A DNA stretch of 64,000 bases from Eledone cirrhosa (lineage: Eukaryota), in assembly GCA_964016885.1 (NCBI GenBank), contig OZ024746.1:81344001-81408000 (forward strand). The letters run 5' to 3'. The translations under genes were made by a program, and so were the position numbers. Position 1 is the stretch's first letter. Each line of letters opens with the position of its first letter. The notes beneath the pieces were generated by a model, which searched no databases, had not been told where the DNA came from, and saw only the letters and a program-made list of their open reading frames with translations. This document shows, one piece after another, positions 55,560 through 64,000 of the stretch.

Positions 55560-56100
55560 AATTCTTTCTAGCAGTAGCACAAAGACCAGCAATTTGGGGG
55601 AAACGAAAAGCGGGTTGTACTAACCTCAGTATTTAACTGGTACTTTATTTTATCGATCCCGGAAGGATGAAAGACAAAGTTGACCTCGGTTGTTGGGAAA
55701 TAATTGCTTCTACTTTTAGCACAAGACCAGCAATTTGAAAAAAGAGGAAAGTCGAATAAATCAACCCCACGGTGGTACATGTACTTTATTTTATCCACTC
55801 TGTGAGGATAAAAGGCAAAACTACCCTCGGCGGGATTTGACTCAGAACCTAAAGAGTCGAAACTATATGCCGCAAAGAATGTTGTCCGACACTCTACCGA
55901 AACTGCCAATCCTCCGCCTAATAACGATTCTGATTTAAGGCTCAAGGCCAACAATTTTGGGGAGGAAAAAGTTGATTAAATTGACCACAGTGCGTTACAG
56001 GTCCTTTATTTTATCGATCCCGTAATGATAACCTCGCAAAGCTAACCTCGGCAAGATTCGAACTCAGAACGTAAAGGGCTGTAACTATATGCCACAAAAC
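55560..56100 (-). mobile_element. Cluster of three tandem S1 SINEs
   Basis: Three TTTATTTTATC(G/C)A cores at about 55645, 55785 and 56005, with B-box complements. Confidence 0.75.
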
Positions 56101-56990
56101 TTGTTGATATTGCCCAGTAATGGAATCGAATCCGGGAGCTAATAATTACGAAACGATCGTCTTACTCACAATACTGAACGGAGACATGGCCCATTGATTA
56201 AGAAGTTTGCTTCACAACCATACGGTTTCATTTGGTGTTATTACGTGATCTCTTGAGCAAGTATCTTTTATAATAATTTCCGGTCGACCCAAGCCTTGTG
56301 AGTAAAGTTAGGTTAATGGAAATTGAAATTTCTTTAGATGGCCTGTACCTGTAATTTCTTGGACAGCGTTGTCACACCGAATCTCCCCAAAAATTACGTT
56401 GTTACACGTATCTATAGAATAGTCACTTAGACATTAATTTTAAAATAGTCTGTTCTTTTGACAGAATTGTTTAGTGATTTATTTATTGATCCCAGAGATT
56501 ATTCAAACGTGCAGTTGACCCCTACTTCTGTAGTTCTAAGTTTATATTTTGTGTGAAATACTACATGCGTTTTCATGGTAATTTATGGTTAAAAGACTGG
56601 GAACACTTAGATAAATCTTAAAAATAGCCATTACAAACAGTTCCAGATTTACCATTGATCTTAGGTGTGCTAAAGCACAAGGCCCCGTTGGCCAAGGGAT
56701 CCCATTTTCCTGAAAAAAAAAAAAAAAAAAAAAATTGTACGATGAATTTTTCAAATGTTTGAGGCCTCATAACTTAACTAGCACAGAGTCTAACATATAA
56801 GGTTTTGTTTAACTTTATTAAAAGGCATTTTATCTCATAGAAATCTAGAATTTTGTGCGGGATCTTGGCGTTCAATGGAATCCACGTTGGGAAGCACTGA
56901 TCTACAGTGTATAATGAACAAAAAGAAGCTCATATAATGTCGCTTGACCTAGATATAATAGGTAATTCTCTCCTAGATCACACTCTATAG

Positions 56991-57248
56991 AAGGCGTCTC
57001 AAACCCGCATTCACTAACTACTTTTCTTTGAATCGGGACAGAACAATTTTCGTGGTTATTAAAGAAAATTTGTAACGGAAAATTTGTTCCCCTACATTTT
57101 GTACTAATTCACATATCCCAAATCAGTTGTATTGTAGATTACCATTAACTAGTTAAGATCACGCCCATGCCCCAGCAAACCTTTGATCGACTCTGTCTCT
57201 CTCCTTTGACGTAAGGGCCTCTTTGAGTCCTTGAATTTGAAACACCTG
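56991..57248. mobile_element. hAT (Charlie-like) MITE
   Basis: AGGCGTCTCAAAC ... TTTGAAACACCTG TIRs. Perfect 8-bp TSD CTCTATAG (56983-56990 and 57249-57256). Confidence 0.8.
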
Positions 57249-57604
57249 CTCTATAGCATGTCAGAAGGAAAAAAAGACAGGATGGTCTTGAGTGGAAATG
57301 CCTTTCATCATAGGTTTGCTAGAAACACCTTTCAATCTTAGGTGTGGAATGACCTGAGATCTAACATTTGCAACATACAATGTTTAGGAAAAATAAGTAA
57401 GAATAAAAGAATATGAAGACAATATCTTCAGTTATGATAGAGTTAAAGATCAACAAAACCTATACTTACTATACTTCGTTTATGTTTTATTAACTATTAA
57501 CGCCCTCTACTGCATGAGCAAGACATTCTTGAAAAGTAAAGAATAGCACTATGATTACATCAGATTAAATTTAAATTTTAACATCGATATGTCTACTCGT
57601 AAAG

Positions 57605-57799
57605 CAGACCTGTCAACTCTCCCCGCCCGACGGGGAGATCTCCCACCCACTTTGGGGAGAGTTAGAGTTGTCTTCCCTTGTGAAAATGGATATAGCTTTC
57701 ATTATGTAAAATCTCCCCATTTTGCTTCATTTCTACCCGTTTTGGGGCCCTTTTTTTAATGATACTCCCCGTTTGGGTTTTTAGAAGCTGGAAGGTCTG
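57605..57799. mobile_element. Possible hAT MITE
   Basis: CAGACCTGTCAACT ... AGCTGGAAGGTCTG imperfect TIRs, flanked by GTAAAG on both sides. Confidence 0.4.
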
Positions 57800-58464
57800 A
57801 GTAAAGACGCTAAAATATTTGAATTAATAAACTTGTTTTCAAATACTTTCTGTCAAATCATTACAGGATATTAAGAGTGACAGTACAAAGCAGCACAATG
57901 AATGCATCATATCAAAATTTAAAGTCTTTCCGTTAATACAGCAAATTTCGAGAATATGTCCTCTAGTAAAGGTAGAGGGGTATATTTATTAGACTTTGGG
58001 GTTCCCCCAAAAGTTTCTGAACCAAAAAGGGTTCTGCGTTTGAAAAGGTTTGGAAGCCCTGCTGTAAGCACATGAATTAATAAACTTGTTTTTAGATGTT
58101 TTCTGTTAAATCATCGCACGGAAACCACACGTTGAGCAAAAGGTCAAAAGCTCGCTAGATCTCTATTTTCAGTACGAATACGGACCGCGAAAGCGTGGCC
58201 CATCGATCCGTTCCGAATAGCGGCGAGCTATGCGTCCGCCGAGAGGTGTGTGATTTTGATTTTAGCAACTCCAGAAAATTACAATTTGTAGTTTTTACAG
58301 TAGTATTTCTCTTCTTGGGGTCATATTTGTCTATGGCTGGGACATATGTGAAATACAGCATTCTTTCACATATATCATTTCTGCAACATATAAATATACA
58401 ATACACACGCACAAACGCGTGCAGGTGTACGCAAACACATGCAGAGACACATATATATGTATCA

Positions 58465-58610
58465 TATCGGACACCATGCTTCACAGCGTAGAGTTACAGC
58501 CCTTCACGTTCTGAGTTCAAATCCCGACAAGGTTAGCTTATGGGGTCGATTTAATCGACTTTCCCTCCCTCAAAAATTGTTGGCCTTCTGCCTAAATCAG
58601 AAACCATTAT
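58465..58610 (+). mobile_element. SINE family S1, internally deleted
   Basis: TTCTGAGTTCAAATCCCGACAAGGTTA...GGGGTCGAT...TTGGCCTT...AGAAACCATTAT. Confidence 0.7.
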
Positions 58611-58638
58611 ATATATATCATATGGTGTATATATTATA

Positions 58639-58675
<37 letters not shown>

Positions 58676-58770
58676 TGTGGTATAAAAACGTTGAGAGTTG
58701 GTGAAATAAATCACTGCCACTACTGGAATTGAATAATCAAAACCGTAGCGGTATGTCGCCTATCAAATCT

Positions 58771-58837
58771 TATATTTTGTCTGATGAAAACCTACTTAAA
58801 CACCATTGTACCTTTGAAATATGTATAATAAAATATA
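58771..58837 (+). ncRNA. Minimal type I hammerhead motif (family H1 variant)
   Basis: TATATTTTGT-CTGATGA-AAACCTAC..GTACCTTT-GAAA-T-ATGT-A-TA|ATAAAATATA. 10-bp stem I. Confidence 0.65.
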
Positions 58838-58964
58838 TATTTTGATTATGAGAATATTTTTCATTTATTAATATTTTGAATAATATTATATATATATATA
58901 TATAATATGGTCGCTTATATTTATGGTACGTCAAAATTATTTATAAAACTGTTTATATATTGTA

Positions 58965-59026
58965 TTTTATCTGACGAAGGCATGCCATATTTTTAATATG
59001 GTATCCCTGAAATATGTATAATGAAA
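58965..59026 (+). ncRNA. Minimal type I hammerhead motif (family H1)
   Basis: TTTTAT-CTGACGA-AGGCATGCCATATT..AATATGGTATCCCT-GAAA-T-ATGT-A-TA|ATGAAA. Long stem II and intact core. Confidence 0.72.
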
Positions 59027-59274
59027 TAAATATGGTTTTATAAATATAGTTTCCATTTGTTTAATATCGTATATATATATATATAAGGCTCTATTGATTT
59101 TTCCCTGGATTTCACTAAATTCTGTGGATGAATCTATATCCTGATTCTTTTTGAATTGAGTTTGAATTATTTTCCCACATCTTACGTTAACTATTTTTCC
59201 ATTTTGACGCTATAGTCACTTATATATTATGGAATACTGTTGGCTTCACGCTCACAATAATTTCTATACTTTTC

Positions 59275-59362
<88 letters not shown>

Positions 59363-59569
59363 ATAATAAACACACACACATACATACAAACACACACACA
59401 CACACACACAACACTGTGTGTGTGTTTGTATGTATGTATTGCACGTATGTATGTATAGGTTCATGCCCCCCCCCCCTCAATAATTATATTTTTCTTCCCA
59501 AACTAATAAAACATATCTATTGGTATATGCGCTACAATTTATGTTGATAGATGTGAGAGATAGATATAA

Positions 59570-59860
59570 ATATAGAGAGGGGGAGAGAGTGGTGGTAATT
59601 GATATACAGAGGACGGTTGGGAGAGTGTGTTGTATATTAGATATAGAGAGGGGGAGAATTTGGTGTTAATTGATATAGAGAGGGGGACTGGAAGAAAGTT
59701 CTATGAGGTAGATATAGAGAGGGGGGAGAGTTTGGCATTAATTGATATAGAGAGGGGTATTGGAAGTGAGTGCCGTGTAGGAGATATAGAGAGGGTTAGA
59801 GTTTGGTTTTAATTGATATAGAGAGGGGGATTGGAAGAGAGTTCCGTGTAGTAGATGTAG
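59570..59860. repeat. Minisatellite built on GATATAGAGAGGGGG (alternating sub-units, about 65-70-bp period)
   Basis: About 8 recurrences of GATATAGAGAGG, alternating TTAATT- and GTA- prefixes. Abuts the truncated mariner. Confidence 0.8.
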
Positions 59861-59864
59861 AGAT

Positions 59865-60550
59865 GGTTTGAGGCAGATCCAGCTCGTTTCCTTGAACGTT
59901 CCCTAATCCAGGATGAGTGTTGGCTTCATCCCTTTGACCCAGAGACAACGAGACAATCCATGCAGTGAAAACACCCCTCCCCACCCGTTCCAAAGAAAGC
60001 CAAAGTCGTTTCATCTGCAGGGAAGGTAGTGGCGTCAGATTTTTAGGATGCAAAAGGCATTGTGTTTATTGACGATCTTCAAAAGATCCACGCCATCAAT
60101 GGAGAATACTATGCCAACTTGCTGAAGCAGTTACGAAAGACTATCAAGACCAAACGCCCTGGAAAACCGACGAAAGATATTTTGCTTCATCAGGACAATG
60201 TCCCATTACAAAAGTAATCGGTTTCAATGGCTGCTGTGCATGATTGTGGCTTTGAACTGGCTAAACATCCTCCCTATTCTCCTGATTTGGCCCCCATCTG
60301 ACTATTATCTGTTCCCCGAGATGAAAAAAAAAAATTGGGTGGAATCCAGTATCGCAGTGATGATGACGTCATATCTGCTATTGATGACTTTTTTGACGAA
60401 CAGAATGAAAGCTTCTTAACCAATGAGATCCAAACATTGCAACACTGATGGAAGAAGTGTGTGGACCACAAGGTTGAAAAATAAAACCTCATTTGATCAC
60501 ATTCCAAGAGAGTATCTTAGTCTATGAAGTTTTCAGCCGACCCTCTTGTA
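59865..60550 (+). mobile_element. Mariner (D,D34D) transposase pseudogene, 3' two-thirds plus probable right TIR
   Basis: QDECWLHPFDPET...PKKAKVVSSAGKVVAS...DAKGIVFID...INGEYYANLLKQLRK...LLHQDN...HPPYSPDLAP/SDYYLFP...WKKCV. Contains stops and frameshifts. Confidence 0.9.
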
Positions 60551-60612
60551 TACACACATACATATATATACATACATACACACATACATACATACATACA
60601 TACATACATACA

Positions 60613-60684
<72 letters not shown>

Positions 60685-60780
60685 CATATATATATATATA
60701 TGTTATGGAATACTGTTAGCTTCTCGCTACAACAATTTCTATACTTTTCATTTATATATATATATATGTATATATATATA

Positions 60781-60942
60781 TAATTGTTTCTACTTTAGGC
60801 ACAAGGCCAGCAATTACCCAGTGCAATTCTGGTACTTTATTTTATCGACCCCGTAAGGATGAAAGGCAAAGTCAACCTCGGTGGGATTTGAACTCAGATC
60901 GTAAAGGGACGTAACTATGCTGGAAAGCATGGCGTCCGACCC
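60781..60942 (-). mobile_element. SINE family S1
   Basis: Reverse complement of the 61987 copy. Confidence 0.85.
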
Positions 60943-61282
60943 TGTTTGTGTGAATATTCATACATTACCCTTTTCTCCAGTGCCGGACAAATGAGGCCCT
61001 GTGCTAGTTAAGTTATGAGGACCCTTATTTTGGAGATGGGCCCCCTATGCCTACATAGGCAGTCATCGGGAAGATGGGCCCTCCTGGCGAACAGGGTCCT
61101 GTGCTTAAGGCCACCTAAGCACAATGGTAAATTCGACACTGCTTTTCTCCCAGCCCCGAGACTTCCCCTATTTAGACTGTCTCTTCTATTGAAAATTTAG
61201 TTTTGTGTGATGATCCTGTGAGTGCACTGGCGAAACTCTAGAGATACAGGACTCACCCCTTAGTCTTACTAAGGAATACACG

Positions 61283-61384
<102 letters not shown>

Positions 61385-61394
61385 TAGATAGATA

Positions 61395-61459
<65 letters not shown>

Positions 61460-61580
61460 AGACAATCTTTCTAATTTGCCGCGCTTCTTTTTCTGTGTTT
61501 TCACTCCATTCTTTTCTCTTCCTCAACTCTTTTTCTTTTTTTCTCAACTCTTTTTCTCAACTCTTTCTTCTCTCTCTCTC

Positions 61581-61665
<85 letters not shown>

Positions 61666-61816
61666 GAGTTAAACAAGATTCAATGAGTACATCAAAGAAT
61701 AAGTTTTACAGTAGATTGGAAGCACTGTACAGAAAAATAATTATTAATATTAAAATAGTTATTAATATTAAAATACAAATATTAATAAAATAGATGTTCT
61801 TTTGATCAATTAAATG

Positions 61817-61865
61817 TTATTATACATATTTCAGAGGTACAACAGTACGTCCTCATCAGACAAAA
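61817..61865 (-). ncRNA. Minimal hammerhead motif, left arm of palindrome
   Basis: Minus strand TTGT-CTGATGA-GGACGTAC-TGTT-GTACCTCT-GAAA-T-ATGT-A-TA|ATAA. Confidence 0.68.
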
Positions 61866-61986
61866 TATAATGATACATGACATACCCTGAGATGTTAAAT
61901 GGTTAAGATTTATTACCTTGATTAAATCTTAACCATTTAACATCTCAGGGTATGTCATGCATCATTATATTTGTCTGATGAGGACG

Positions 61987-62167
61987 GTGGATTGGCAGTA
62001 TCGGTAAAGGGTCGGACGCCATGCTTTGCAGCACAGTTACGTCCCTTTATGGTCTGAGTTCAAATCCCGCCGAGGTTAACTTTGCCTTTCATCCTTATGG
62101 GGTCGATAAAATAAAGTACCAGTAATACACTGGGATAATTGCTGGCCTTGTGCCAAAAGTAGAAACA
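61987..62167 (+). mobile_element. tRNA-derived SINE, family S1 (best-preserved copy), with 23-bp TSD
   Basis: A-box-like TGGCAGTATCGG and B-box GTTCAAATCC, then GGTTAACTTTGCCTTTCATCCTTATGGGGTCGATAAAATAAAGTACCAG (resembles the MetaSINE-type core, from memory). TSD ATTATATTTGTCTGATGAGGACG. Confidence 0.85.
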
Positions 62168-62173
62168 ATTATA

Positions 62174-62222
62174 TTTGTCTGATGAGGACGTACTGTTGTA
62201 CCTCTGAAATATGTATAATAAA
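62174..62222 (+). ncRNA. Minimal hammerhead motif, right arm of palindrome
   Basis: TTTGT-CTGATGA-GGACGTAC-TGTT-GTACCTCT-GAAA-T-ATGT-A-TA|ATAAA. Confidence 0.68.
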
Positions 62223-62289
62223 ATTTAATTGATCAAAAGAACATCTATTTTATTAATATTTGTATTTTAATATATACATGAATATATAA

Positions 62290-62380
62290 ACATTGTACAT
62301 ATATATATTGTACATATATACATTGTACATATATACATTGTACATATATATATATTGTACATATATACATTGTACATATA
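62290..62380. repeat. About 15-bp tandem repeat (TACATTGTACATATA)n
   Basis: Six ATTGTACATATA units. Confidence 0.85.
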
Positions 62381-62963
62381 TGCGTGTGTGTATGAATATA
62401 ACATACATAAAGAGAGAGGAAAAAGAAAAGTGGTGCGGTGGAGACAGACATGGCATGGATAGGCGTACAAGTTAGAAAGGCAGGCAAGATGAAAGGGAGG
62501 GGGGGAGGGGGTCAGAGAAATGGAAAGAGAGGAAAATGGAGGGGAGGGGGGGGGGGTAGAAAAAGAGTGGAAAGAAAATAGAAGAAAAATAAGAAAGCAT
62601 AGAGAGGAAGAGAAAAGAGAAAAGACACATCAAAAGGAGCGCGGCAAATTAGAAAGGTAGTCGGAGAGAGAGAGGGGGGGGAGAAAGAGAGAGAAAGAGG
62701 ATTAGAGAGATAATCTATCTATCTATCGATCTTTCTATCTATTTATTTATCTATCAATCTATTTATATACATGTAAAATTTATAATATAATACAATATAT
62801 AATATAATATAATATATAATATAATATAATATAATATATATATTTATATATATATATATTTGTGTGTGAGTGTGAGAGGGAGAGGGTGAAACAGAGGGAG
62901 AGAAAGAGGTAGATAGATAGATAGATAGAGAGATAGAGGGAGAGAGCGAGAGAGAGAGAGAAG

Positions 62964-63014
<51 letters not shown>

Positions 63015-63120
63015 GTAGATAGATAGCTATATATATATATATATATATATATACGTTATTCCGGGTTGAATCGGAGGTAACCACAGTAAGTAAGGTACTC
63101 AATACATAGCAGAGTATAAC

Positions 63121-63280
<160 letters not shown>

Positions 63281-63289
63281 GATATATAG

Positions 63290-63333
<44 letters not shown>

Positions 63334-63337
63334 GTAG

Positions 63338-63368
<31 letters not shown>

Positions 63369-63666
63369 ATGAGAGAGAGAGAGATGGGGGGGTTAGTGAA
63401 TACATATATAATAAGTGCTACATTTTAGAGACAGCTATGAAATCACCGAAGGCAATTCCTTGTTCTACTGAAACAGAATTAGGACAGTAGAAACTAATGT
63501 ATGTATTAACAAAAACACTAAATGACAAAACAAAACAAACAACTGCAGATATCAACTAGAATTAAGATAACAATAGCAACAGTAACAACAATAATAACAA
63601 CACACATCAACTCTTGTTAGCTATCATCGAACACGCAAAGTTCATCCGTTTTCAGGTGACTTGATA

Positions 63667-63785
63667 TACTACTACAACTGCTACTGCTACTGCTACTACT
63701 ACTACTACTGCTGTTGCTGCTGCTACTGCTGCTACTGTTGCTACTACTGCTACTGCTACTACTACTACTGTTGCTACTACTGCTA

Positions 63786-63838
<53 letters not shown>

Positions 63839-64000
63839 GCTACTACTGCTACTGCTACTACTACTACTACTGCTGCTGCTGTTGCTGCTACTGCTACTAC
63901 TACTACTACTACTACTGCTGCTGCTGTTGCTGCTACTGCTACTACTACTACTACTACTACTGCTGCTGTTGCTGCTGCTGCTGCTACTGTTACTACTACT
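63667..64000. repeat. Compound (CTA)n/(CTG)n/(TTG) trinucleotide microsatellite
   Basis: Seen directly; runs to the window end. Confidence 0.95.

Noticed and set aside
61213-61252. CCTGTGA...GCGAAACTCTAGAGATACAGG hammerhead-like string
   Set aside because: CUGANGA lacks a base, stem II is poor and there is no properly placed UH. At best a very decayed relic.
61987-62075. tRNA-like A/B boxes
   Set aside because: SINE heads with no cloverleaf. No true tRNA gene seen.

Overview
AT-rich, microsatellite-saturated animal genomic DNA. The repeat landscape suggests an octopus or other coleoid cephalopod, but this is inference and was not verified. The only host coding sequence I can support is the first coding exon of a YAP1/Yorkie orthologue on the minus strand (52069-51633). 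It encodes the TEAD-binding region, four LATS HxRxxS motifs and the first half of WW1. It is followed by a GT donor and an intron that appears to run off the left edge (>51 kb; no WW1-completing exon found by eye). The rest is transposon debris: three RTE-clade LINE remnants (one with a PHD finger inside the RT region, one with three C-terminal zinc fingers), an R4/Dong-like RLE LINE, a decayed mariner transposase, two piggyBac-type MITE families, hAT MITEs and tRNA-derived SINEs. The most striking unannotated signal is a set of short non-coding elements, nearly all embedded in (TA)n tracts, that carry type I hammerhead ribozyme motifs (CUGANGA...GAAA...UH with correctly placed stems). They fall into at least two families and occur as a tandem pair 193 nt apart, as a head-to-head palindrome, as a near-canonical single copy, and as a copy in sense orientation inside the YAP intron. 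They resemble Penelope-like-element/retrozyme termini. Almost all YI/HT/CV-repeat ORFs in the track are microsatellite artefacts.
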